A DNA stretch of 64,000 nt from Octopus vulgaris (taxonomy: Eukaryota). The position numbers and the translations under genes were made by a program. Shown piece after piece: positions 28,140 to 40,018 of this stretch. Where the stretch lies: contig OX597818.1 of assembly GCA_951406725.2 (NCBI GenBank), positions 22,816,001-22,880,000 on the forward strand, written 5' to 3'. The notes below the pieces were generated by a model. That model was not told the origin of the DNA and did no database searches. It worked only from the letters and a program-made list of their open reading frames with translations. The first letter of the stretch is position 1, and the number at the start of each line of letters is the position of its first letter.

Positions 28140-30230
28140 CATGACGTGCTAGATGGCATTACCCAATGTGTCGTAAATTTCAAAATGGATAGTTTACCAA
28201 ATTATGAGGTTAAAATGGCCATCAACCAGTTAAACACAGGTAAGGCACCTGGATCAGAAGGAATTTCTGTGGAACTGTTAAATGTTGGTAATAAGAAAGT
28301 AACACAAACAATACTTTATCTCATCACAGAATGTTGAGATGGAGATCCTATACCACAAGACTGGATAGATGGTATCTTAGTGACCTTGTTTAAAGGAAAA
28401 GGGGATAAAGGAATCTGCGATCACTATTGCGGCATCACTCTGTTGGAGTCTGTGGGCCAAGTTCTTGCTAGATTGTTGTTGAACAGGTTGATAGAGGACA
28501 TTTGTCCTACAATAATCTCTGAATTACAAAGTGGCTTTAGATCTGGCGGAGGGACGATCGATATGATCTTCTCAGCAAGATAGTTTCAGGAGAAATGTAC
28601 TCTGTATCAAGTTTTTGTTGATCTGACAAAGGCCTTTGATATGGTGAACAGAAGTGCACTGTGGAAAATATTAGGGAAAATAGGGTTCCCACCAAAGTTT
28701 ATTGATATGTTCGTTCGACTGCACAGAAATATGAAAGCTCCGGTTTTCTTGAATAGAAAGTCTAATGAAATCACAGTTGATAATGGTATGAAGCAGGGAG
28801 ATATCCTGAACCCCACACAGTTTTCAATATCTTTTGTTGTGGTGCTGACTCATGCAATCCAGGACTGTGCAAAGGGTATTCTATTGCAAATTAAAACTAC
28901 AGGAAGGATCTTTGACCTAAGAAGGTTCAATTTCAAATCCAATATGTTCCAAATATTAATTACAGAACTCTTGTATGCAGACGGTGTTGACTTTTTGGCT
29001 CACTCTCAGGAAGACATGCAACACATCATGGATTGTCATGCAGCATATTGTAATGCCTTCGGCATGGAAATTTATTTAAGGAAGACCAAGGTAATGTTCA
29101 CCCTATCACCAGGGGAAGCATATATCGAGCCCAATATAAAGGTGCATGGAACTAGGTTGGGTGTAGTTGACACTTTTGTTTACCTGGATAGTACCATTAT
29201 CAAGGGATGGTTCACTGGATGCAGAAATACACCTTTGCATTCAGAAGGCCTCTGTAGCATTTGGAAAACTCGAAAAGAGAGTGTGGGCAGATCTTGGCAT
29301 CAAGATCAAGATTAGTGTGTGCAAGGCCTGCATTCTAAGTGCTCTGTGGTACTCTTCGGAATCGTGGACAGTACATCGTAAGCACCATAATTTGATTGTA
29401 CACTTTAAGCAAAAGTGTTTAAGAAGAATCCTAAACATCAAATGGCAACAGAAAATACCTGACATACAAATCATTATAGATGCTGGCTGCACGAGCATTG
29501 TATCTACCATCATATCCTCTCAAATGCGTTGGGTAGGCTCTGTTGTGCGCATGAATGAGGAAAGACTCCACAAACAACTATTTTACAGCCAATTGCACAC
29601 TGGGAAACGCCCTCAGCACAAACCAATAAAAAGATATAAAGATTTCATAAAAAAAAACAACCTTAAAGATCTTCAGCTTGAAGATCAGAACTGGGACGTG
29701 CTTGCTTTAAAGAGGGGTAAATGGAAAGGATATGTGAAGGAAGGCTGCAGAATGCTTGAATAGAGACGTCTTGATCACAAAAGAACTTAAACGCCAGCAT
29801 CGAAAAGGCCACAGTATGAACATCAGTAAGAAAATAGTGAGCTGGATCTGTGACGTGTGTGGTCGTTTACTGCTCTCTAAATCTGAGTGCATCGCTCATT
29901 TAAAATCACATAAAAAGCCAACTGTATGTAGCTCTATCCCTCCAATGCTAGGTGAGACATGTGTGCTGTGCAAAAAGATCTGCAAATCAATATCCGATTT
30001 TAAAAAGCATATGAGGATGACATCCCACAAACTGACCCAATAAATCCAATAGAGAGCACATCTTTTGTCTGTCACGTTTGCTGCGGACTGTGTAAATTTA
30101 ATGCTGGACTTTAAAAAAAGGCACCTAAGGCGTCATGAATGGTCATTTGGAGATGATGGTTGATGGGGATACATGGGAAATGGCAATCATCTACAAATAT
30201 GAAGCAATCCCCTGTATGATTGCATGCATA
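28140..30230 (+). mobile_element. 5'-truncated, degenerate RTE-clade LINE (RT domain plus C-terminal C2H2 fingers)
   Basis: GKAPGSEGI, LFKGKGD..CDHYCGITLL, QSGFRSGGGTIDMIF, VDLTKAFDMVNR, GMKQGDIL, LLYADG (YADD mutated), QMRWVGSVVRM..ERLHKQLFY...GKRPQHKP.KRYKD; multiple stops and frameshifts. Confidence 0.92.
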
Positions 30231-30974
30231 TATGCATTGATGGCATTACATAATTGGATTTGTATGCTTTGACCACATGCGTAGCCATGCAAACACATTG
30301 TTTCCATATCTTCATGTGTATATAAACACTTATTAAGTGCTAAAATTCTGTAACTTGGGAAAAGTCTACAGATTTCACTGCGATTTCCTAATTAGCCGTG
30401 TTTTGTTTTTTATTGGTTTTGTGAGACCCAACTACTCAAGATCGAGGCAGTTAGGGAACCAAATGCTCCGGAAATTATAGGTATAAATCTAAAGCTGTAA
30501 CACTAGATCGAACTAAAAATAGTGAGAGGTTTGAAAATATAACTATTAAGTACCCAATATGAACTTACAATCTATTCTCACACACACATACATACACGCA
30601 TATTATCTCAGTACTTTAAATATATACATACATACGACTAACCACGCATGTAACAATAAGAGAATGAGACGTCAGTATGATTAAAGTAGAGGAATGTATT
30701 AAATATATTACACAAACATGGAGTATGCACATACAGTACTCGGATTTTCCCGGCAACCACGGGTGTGACGATATCCGATTTTTTTAATCTGTTCTCGGAT
30801 AACTCTACACCTGTGGTTAGCCGAGAAAAACAAACTCAAAGTACTGTAAGTGTTTCATGTTTGTAGATGTTAAATATATACATATATGCAAACATATATA
30901 TGTATGTATACATGGCTGCATACATATAATGCGTATACATGTTTGTATAAGTGTGCATGTGTGTGTGTTAGTTT

Positions 30975-31053
30975 GTGTGCATTGTGTGTGTGTATGTGTG
31001 TATGTGCGAGAGGAAAAAGTCGTATAAATTTTGCATGTTCGATCCAATGACAA

Positions 31054-31115
<62 letters not shown>

Positions 31116-31192
31116 GCATACATATACGTTTGTGTGTGCATATATATGAATATAAGTATATATAAATATATATGTATGTGTGTGTATATACA

Positions 31193-31272
<80 letters not shown>

Positions 31273-31340
31273 TATATACATACAAGCGCGCGCACAAACA
31301 TACACATGCACACATGCACACACGCACACACACACACACT
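30975..31340. repeat. (TA)n/(CA)n microsatellite block
   Basis: Direct inspection. Confidence 0.9.
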
Positions 31341-31837
31341 TGCCAGTACTGGCATATATGTGTGTTTGCATATTTGTGTTGTTTATGTTTATGCTTGCAT
31401 GTTCATGCGGGCGGACCCACATGTTTCAGCTTACAGCGTCACGCTTCATCACCGAGGCTTCAACATAACGTTCTATTGAAGAAGCAACAGGAAGTGAACT
31501 GCAACAGGAAGTACATTGATGCAACAGTGATCACCACCACCACCACCACCATAACCACCATTACCTCTCTCAAACATCATCCACTTCCTTTTATCTTTTC
31601 TTTCCCATCTCCCTCAACAGCAACACCTGCTAGAGTCAGCAGATTCGTATTTCCAGGTTAGCAGAGTTTCTTAGTCGGAGGACGCTTATGCGTGTATGTA
31701 CGCGCGCGTGTGTGCATCACCATACACACACACACACACATATTATATATATGCGTTGAGAGTAGAGGGAACACGCTATCTTAAATAGAGTGTATTTGGC
31801 ATTGTCAATGGGTCACAAATATAGTAATTATTTAGTA

Positions 31838-32162
31838 GTGAAGGCGCGTGGCTTAGTGGTTAGGGCATTCGGCTCACGATTGTAAGGTCGTGAGTTCGAT
31901 TCCCGGTAACGCGTTGGGTCCTTGAGCAAGACACTTTATTTCACGTTGCTCCAGTCCACTCAGCTGGCAAAAGTGAGTTGTATCTGTATTTCAAAGGGCC
32001 GGCCTTGTCATATTTTGTGTCACGCTGAATCTCCCTGAGAACTACGTTAAGGGTACGCGTGTCTGTGGATTGCTCAGTCACTTGCACGTTAATTTCACGA
32101 GCAAGCTGTTCCGTTGATCGTATCAGCTGGAACCCTCGTCGTCGTAACCGACGGAGTGTTCC
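31838..32162 (+). mobile_element. tRNA-derived SINE family B with 13-bp TSD
   Basis: A box TGGCTTAGTGG, B box GAGTTCGATTC, CCTTGAGCAAGACACTT core; TSD TAATTATTTAGTA at 31825-31837 and 32163-32175. Confidence 0.88.
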
Positions 32163-32326
32163 TAATTATTTAGTACATATTTTTGTGTTCCTATATGTTG
32201 TGTGTGTGTGTGTGTGTGTGTGTGTACTCTCTTACTTGTTGCGAAAATGAGAGGTTCAACAAACATTCCATATCTCGATATTTCTTCTGGACCAAATTTC
32301 AGATTTTAAATTCGATATTTTTAATC

Positions 32327-32410
32327 CACCTGAAGAAAACGTTATTTTTTTTTTCATGATGTAATCTATTTACTCATCAATAAAAAACCGTATCTGAAAC
32401 AGCTGTAGTG
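32327..32410 (+). ncRNA. Type I hammerhead ribozyme-like motif (Penelope-type), probably degenerate
   Basis: CAC-CTGAAGA-(stem II, imperfect)-GAAA-CAGCTG-TA-GTG; palindromic stem III and CAC/GTG stem I. Confidence 0.55.
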
Positions 32411-32854
32411 AACCTGTGTATATGTGTATAATGATATATACACGAGTTAACCTACACAGTGGATATACAAACATGGAAAATGTAACTATTTCTTTGTAGA
32501 ATGAAAAGATGATGAACAACTTTCATCGATTTTCGAACCTTTCTGGTTAGGGATCAGTGGTATCTACAACAAGTAGGTACACATTTAACCATGTCTGTAT
32601 GTACTCTACTTTAATATTTCTAATATTGGATTGCAATTATTCTTGGACACTAGCAAATATGTTTTCTGTCCGCAGTGACGTTTGTTTATATTTACCACAG
32701 TATAGTGACACGAGTGTAGTAACACGCGCGCACTGATGCATATACATTCTCGCCCCAACACACACAATACACGGCGCACACGTACATACATACATACATA
32801 CATACATACATACATACATACATACATACATACATACATACATACATACATAGT

Positions 32855-33182
32855 AAAGGCGCATGGCTCAGTGGTTAGCACATCTGGTTCACAATCATGA
32901 GGTAGTGAGTTAAATTCCCGGACCGGGTTGTATATTGTGTTCTTGAGCAAGACACTTTATTTCACATTGCTCCAATTCACTCAGCAGTAGAAATGAGTTG
33001 CGTCGCCACTGGGGCCAAGCCGTGTTAGCCTTTGCCTTTCCCTTGGATAACATCGGTGGCGTGGAGAGGGAAGACTGGTATGCATGGGCGACTGCTGGTT
33101 TCGATAAACAACTTTCTTCAGAAGGGAACTTTCTAGAAACTTCCATGGTCATTCATGACCGAAGTGGGTGTCTTTACCCTTT
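32855..33182 (+). mobile_element. SINE family B (alternative tail)
   Basis: Same head and core as 31838; tail shared with 57151-57484. Confidence 0.85.
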
Positions 33183-33935
33183 ACATACATACATATAGAA
33201 TACATATGCTAGAATGTACAATCAAATTTCCTTCTACCACCTTAATCAAAACGATAATCAAAAGAGAAAAAAATGTCACTGATTTGTAACGTCTAGATCA
33301 AGGGAAATAACTGATATTGGTTAATGCTATGTATTTGAACAACAAAGACGAATAAAGATATATTAGATAACATACAAGATAAATTTTCGATTTATTGAAA
33401 TATTTCCCATTTCCCGAAAGGGTAAACCAGTCGCCTGATGGCAATTGACGCCAACTCCATATGAGAATGGGAGATAATCTCAATAATTAAGAACTCTACT
33501 AAATTAAAATTTCAATATGAAAATGACATTCTGATTGTCTGGAGACAAAGAGACAACAGTAAATATGTGTTTCTGCCCCCAACGACGTCATCATCACAGC
33601 TATTGTCCTACCTTAGTGCTTAGCGACGTGATACTTAGATATAAGTGAAAACGAATATCACACATTTATGGCGTTGGTAGTTTGTATAACTTAAACGAAG
33701 ATTATAATTTTATATAATTTTATGTGGCTGTGTGGTAAGAAGCTTTCTTTCCGACCGCATTGCTTCTGGTTCAGACCTACTGCGATGCACTATAGTCTCT
33801 TCTACTATAGCCTCGGATAGACTAAAGCCTTGTGAGTTAATTTGGTTGAAGGAAACTGAAAGAAGCCTGTCGTATACCTACCTACCCTCCTACCAACCTA
33901 CCTAACCTGCCTTCCCATCTATCATGAATACAAGC

Positions 33936-33976
<41 letters not shown>

Positions 33977-33988
33977 TATGCATACATA

Positions 33989-34021
<33 letters not shown>

Positions 34022-34389
34022 TATGTATGCTTGTACATATGTATGCATATATGTATATATATGGAGAGATTATATATATATTATATATATATGTATATAT
34101 ATGGTGGTGGTGGGAGTTTATGTATGTACTTATATGTGTCTGTGTGTGCGTGCGCACGTTGTTTCAGAGTGTTTGCATACTTACACACGCGCAAATATTT
34201 GTGTATATACTTGTGATATGTTTCGGTATATATTTAAAATTTTGAAGAACGGTTTCTTTTATTATCTATGTATACATCTAAGAGGAATAAAGAATATACC
34301 ACAACGTGATTATGCTGCCAACTTAACTTTTTTCCCCTACATACACATACACAAACATGTTGGCGGAAAGAAGCACAAAGACACCCACC

Positions 34390-34455
<66 letters not shown>

Positions 34456-34612
34456 CGTGCGTGTTTGTGCAAGGCACGAGCTCTTAAAATTTACGAGAGC
34501 CAAGTTTCATTGCTAAACTATTAAATCTGTGAAATATAACTATTTGCTCTACGGTTATCTTTAACTTAAACTGAAGTATAAGTTTACTGTATTTGGATCA
34601 TATGTATATATC

Positions 34613-34648
<36 letters not shown>

Positions 34649-36059
34649 AGAGAGAGAGAGAAAGAGAGAGAAGGAGAAAGGATGAGAGATAAATGGAGAG
34701 ATAGACAGACAGCATTTTAGATAAAGCCCATGAAATAAGAAACATGAATGACAAAATATGATAAAATGCTTTGTTATTAATAGGCTGAGAGGGAAGGAAA
34801 TGAATGTGTTTTAACGTTTCGGGCGTCGCATAACTATAGATATATACATGCACACAATCATACATACATACATACATACATACATACATACATACATACA
34901 TACATACATACATACATACATACATACATACATACATACATGCATACACACACATATATACATGTTTATATCTGAGAAGTTAAAAATGAAGGCAACAAGG
35001 CTGTCAACAAGCCATCACATTTAACATGGTTTAATTATATCGCCATTAGTTGTTTGGTTCGTTGTTGCCAAACCTGTCAACACTTTTAACCTTTCTACTT
35101 GTTTTTCCTCATTTTATTCCTTGTTTCGCCATCACCAACTCCTTTATTAGTCTTTTTCATTGTTTTTTTTTCTTTCTTTTCTTAATTATCTCCACTATGC
35201 TTAAGCGCAGCCGCCATTCGCCACTGCCATTACTACATACATCATCAGGACTTCTACCGTCACCACCAACTTCTTCCTCCTCCTCCTCTCTGTCCTCCTC
35301 CTCCTCTCTGTCCTCCTCTTCCTCCTCGTCTTTTGACGATATCCTTGTCCTCTCCTCATTATCATATTCATTATCATACTCATCGCCGTTGTTGTTAACA
35401 TAAGCAACATTCTACCGTCCTAATAAGAAAATTAAAGAGGGAATAACACATTGGATAAAGTAGTTCTATATAGAACATGGCTAAAAGCAGATGGAACGGG
35501 CACATCCGAAATGCAAACCAAAGCCTAACCAAGGCAAGATTTAGGTCCGACCACCTCCACAACGTATTGCAATACTTGACATTTATCCTGGATTGAACAG
35601 GTTTGTGAGAGACCAACTACCTAAGCACAACCAATACCAACCTCTCACCAGGCAACCTAGCCAAAATATTTAACTGTGCTGAGCAAGTCTAAAGAGTATG
35701 GTTACAGCCATCACAATCGGAGTCTCCCATTACTACACAGCTACAGATGTAGTAGTACTTACAAAAGAAAATTGCAGAAACAAAACAATGTTGAGACAAA
35801 TATCAGTTGGATAAATGATGGAGTTGATTGTAGTGTAGCAGCTGTTGTTAAGGGGCGGTGTTGGTGCATCGTTGCTAAGACGCACATCCCCCTATTTATT
35901 CATATCTTCCAGTTTTTGGTGATGGCGTAGTTTTCCCTATTTTCATTTGTTACTGTATGTTATTAAGAGTTCTTACCATCACATTGGCCACACAAGCATA
36001 CCTGTGTTGTGTCAGCTGGCAAGAGGCATGTCTTGGGGTAGGTTTGTAATATTGTTCTG

Positions 36060-37498
36060 TTATTGATACATTTGTTGCTTGGGGTTTTTGGTTGTCGTTG
36101 TTCTTGTTTGTAGTCCCTTTGATGGCGGTGTATATTTTGTTGTTTCTACTGTTGCTGTTGTTGTTGTTGTTGTGAAGCAACAAGACGGGTAAGGGTGATT
36201 AAGTGATGGTCTAGGGCTTAGGGGCGGGAGACCCCAGACCTTGGAAAAATAAAACTTTGGTCGTCTTGTAGTCGAGGGCTCTTCGTTGACGGCCGACACC
36301 ACTGGGAGGTGGCCCTCGAAGTCGCTGGAAATGGAGATTTCCAGGTCCAAATTCTTGAACGGCTGTTATTGCTGTTGTGACCGCCTTCCATTGTTGGTGG
36401 TGCTACTGTGGTTGAGGTACTAGTATCGGCAGAAGTAGTGGTCTTACATTTCTTCTTTTGTGCTTTACACAGGAAGCCGTAAAATTGTTTTTGTCACTAC
36501 GCCAGTGACAACTTGGCTTTCTACTCGCAACGGCCACAGATATCTTTGTGCCGTCTGGCAGATTCATCAGATCCAGAATAGATCCCATACTTCTTGATAT
36601 GTTTGGATCAAAAGCTCTATCCCTTGGCTCCACTAGTTTTGTTTCTGCAGCGTCTAGACATACAGACTATCAGTTCTGTCTTCTATATCGAAGACCACCA
36701 CCGCCACCAGCCATTAGATGATTACTTCTGGGCACATCGACAATCTTCACTCTTATTACCCTACGATCAAGGTAGATTGGTATGAGAACCAGTTCGTTAC
36801 TCTTTAGCGTTGTTGTAGAGAACTTCCTGGCCTCGTCTTCTATCAAGAACCTCACCTCCGCTGTGGTGTATTGTCCCATCTAGCGACGTAAAGTTTGGTG
36901 TCTCGGAATTAATCCGAGGAACTTCCGTATTAACTGATTGTATATTGCTATGGAGTTATACGTTATAGTCACCAGATTCCTTTCCTTTCCTTTCGGATCT
37001 ATTGTGATATATTTAGTACTAACATTCGTCCGCACCGCATAAGGATGGTCTTATTTTTGTTCTGCATTTTTTAAATCTTGCGGGAGATTATCATATTACT
37101 TCTGCATGGCGCACGGTGCCGATAAACCCTAAGCCCGCCAACGCTAGATTTGTTTGTAGTGACATTTTGATTTTTATGTTGGTGTTAACGGTAGTGGTGG
37201 CGACCGAGGAGGAATTATCAGGTGTGTTGAATCGACAATTTGGTTTATGTTCTTTCTGTATTTTTATGCCCTGTATTGTTGCTGTTATTGTTGTTCCAGC
37301 CGTGGTGGCTGCGGTACTTAAGGTAATATTGCTTTCACATGTCTTTTCATGTTTTGTTTCTGTAGCTGTTGTTGATGTTGACATTGTTATTATTGTTCAT
37401 ACAGTCTCTGCTGTCGGGTAGCAGGGGAAACTGATTTTCACTGTTGGAACAGCTAAATGTTCTCTGGATAGGGAAGTCGTATTATTATTTTTTTCCAT
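36060..37498 (-). pseudogene. Degenerate gag-like ORF1 of a Tx1-like non-LTR element
   Basis: EDEARKFSTTTLKSNELVLIPIYLDRRVIRVKIVDVP aligns by eye with VEEARRLASVAVKTEEVVLLPTYLGRKTSKVRVEAIP (40447 ORF); decayed knuckle RKPSCHW..DKN.FTASC; probable ATG at 37498. Confidence 0.65.
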
Positions 37499-37605
37499 TA
37501 TGTAAGTAACTTTGCTATTAGAATCTTACAAAATTCTCTTCCGAAGGAGCGAAAATTTCATACAGCCTCGAAAGATGCTAGTTGGCTTATAACAAAATAG
37601 TACTA

Positions 37606-38029
37606 GGATCTTTTCGGTTTGAACGGCAGTTTTTAAAAATAATTTCCACGTAACTAAAAGATTTTAAACTTCGTATACTAGTAGAATGTGTTTATAAAAC
37701 ATCTTTTTCTCTTGGCTTTATTGAGAAAATTCTATAGTTTGTAAAATATTTGTTGTTTTTTTTTCTTCAATTTCTGCAATTTCAACCAATCAAATATATC
37801 CATTGAGGTAAAAAACATTTTGTGCCGCATGAATATGTCCCTCGTTTAAGAAACAGATTGGGTTTATTTACATTTGTAAAGAAAAAAGATACCCTTCCCC
37901 CCACCCCTAACCCTAACCCTAACCCTAAAACAGAGTGAAATGCAATAGATTGATACTAGGGTCATAATTATGGGTGACAATTTCATATGACACCGCTAGA
38001 AAAAACTGCCGTTCAAACCGAAAATATCC
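37606..38029. mobile_element. GGATC-ended MITE with internal (CCCTAA)n, copy 1
   Basis: TIR GGATCTTTTCGGTTTGAACGGCAGTTTTT / AAAAACTGCCGTTCAAACCGAAAATATCC; shares subterminal sequence (AAACTTCGTATACT.GTAGAATGTG) with the 8292 foldback. Confidence 0.85.
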
Positions 38030-38189
38030 GGAACAGCTAAATGTTCTCTGGATAGCGAAGCCGTATTATTATTTTTTTTCATTATGTAAGTAACTTCGCT
38101 ATTAGAATCTTACAAAATTCTCTCCCGAAGGAGCGATAATTTCATACAGCCTCCAAAGATGCTAGTTGGTTTATAACAAAATAGTACTA

Positions 38190-38616
38190 GGATCTTTTCG
38201 GTTTGAACGGCAGTTTTTAACATAATTTCTAGGTAACTAAAAAATTTTAAACTTCGTATACTGGTAGAATGTGCTTATAAAACATCTTTTTCTCTTGGTT
38301 TATTGAGAAAATTCTATTGTTTGTAAGATATTTGTTGTTATTTTTCTTCAATTTCTGCAATTTCAACCAATCAATGACCGTCTATTGAGGTGAAAACATT
38401 CTGTGCCGTATGAATATGTCCCTCGTTTAAGAAACAGATTGGGTTTATTTACATTTCTGTAAAAAAAAAGATACCCTTCCCCCACCCCTAACCCTAACCC
38501 TAACCCTAACCCTAAATTAGATTGAAATACAATAGATCGATACTAGAGTCATAATTATGGGTGACAATTTCATATGACACCGCTAGAAAAAACTGCCGTT
38601 CAAACCGAAAAGGTCC
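38190..38616. mobile_element. GGATC-ended MITE, copy 2, with 8-bp TSD
   Basis: Same TIRs; flanked by TAGTACTA (38182-38189) and TAGTACCA (38617-38624). Confidence 0.85.
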
Positions 38617-39085
38617 TAGTACCACCAAAAAAACCAAAATTACTTTCTACAAAACAATAAAATTCAATACTAACTTACGAGCTCTAAAACGACGTCTTTT
38701 ACTTGCAAACGTAACAACACCAACAGTTCATTTACAAGAGAAAAAGAACAATCAAAATTTTCTGTGTCAGTAGACTAGGAACATAGCAATACTTTCACGG
38801 AGTAAGGAGGATTTGTAAGAGGATGACGAAAACAAAGAGGCAGAAAATAAATATAGAGAATAATACAAGAGGAGGTTCAGGCAGTTCCTAGAAACAAAGT
38901 GAAACGGAAAGAACTTTTTTAAGGAACACAACACCTGAAATATTCTGCATCCGTCTCAATATGAAAAATAAACAGAATGAAACAAATACAGAAGAAAGTT
39001 AACAATATACAATAGGGGCACACCCATTCAGCTGAATCTACAACAGACTGTGTATGTATATATATATATATATAGAGAGAGAGAG

Positions 39086-39132
<47 letters not shown>

Positions 39133-39135
39133 TAT

Positions 39136-39181
<46 letters not shown>

Positions 39182-39194
39182 ATATCTATATATG

Positions 39195-39238
<44 letters not shown>

Positions 39239-39559
39239 GAATAGAGGGAAATACAGGATAACTGAATACAACAGACTGTACACCTGGCGGTTACAGAACT
39301 CGACAAGTCCGCTAGAAAAAGAGAAGGTAAACTTGAATGTGCAATCAGGAAGTTAAAATTTAGGCATATAGAAAGATAGAAAATGTTTACAAAGAAATGT
39401 TAGACACCTAATTACATTTCTCAAGAACGACACTTCCAGTGGCTGCTGTACAGCATGGAAAATTCTGTTATTCTCAAACTGCGCTTCACAAGTTACTTTC
39501 CTTATTAAAATTTTCAGTATTATAGGCGCAGGCGTGCTTGTGTGGTAAGAAGCTTGCTT

Positions 39560-40003
39560 ATATCCCAGATTGGCCTTCGCAGTTAGCTGCGGAGGTCATG
39601 GAGGAGAGTTACTTCTATAAGATAATGGATGCCTTTTCTAAGGAGGAATTTAATTATGTTTTTTGGGTCCCCGGTTTGCCACTGCGGAATTGCCTGCAGG
39701 CGGCAAGACATTTGGTCGGAGAGGCAGAGTGAGAGGTCTTGGCGCCTCGATTGATTTGGAACTCTTTTGATTGATAAGATGCTTAGCACCTCAATTTGTA
39801 TTATTGTAAGAGGTTCATTACCTCATATGTTTTAAAAAAAGAAAAAAAAAGAACAGTATTCTCAAAGGGCATCGATCGGTAGGCGTCGTTTGCTTCTTTC
39901 ATCAGTATCATTGTTTTGATCATCATTCATTTCATTTGTGTTGCTATCCAGCCCGCACTTGCTTCTATCTATGTAATGTCTTTATGGCAAATTTGATGAA
40001 ATA
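39560..40003 (+). mobile_element. 5'-truncated retroelement inserted into a SINE A head (insert 1)
   Basis: Bounded by AAGAAGCTTGCTT (39547-39559 and 40004-40016); 3' tail TATG.AATG.CTTTATGGCAAA..TGAAATAAA shared with insert 2. Confidence 0.7.
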
Positions 40004-40018
40004 AAGAAGCTTGCTTCC

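Noticed and set aside
29756-30043. Host C2H2 zinc-finger gene exon
   Set aside because: Contiguous with the RTE ORF2, lacks TGEKP linkers, and is decayed like the LINE.
31843-31915. Possible tRNA genes (also 57151, 9335, 62284)
   Set aside because: A/B boxes run into SINE cores and tails with TSDs; no complete cloverleaf acceptor stem.
38480-38516. (CCCTAA)n as an interstitial telomere
   Set aside because: Only 2-5 units, always internal to the MITE family.
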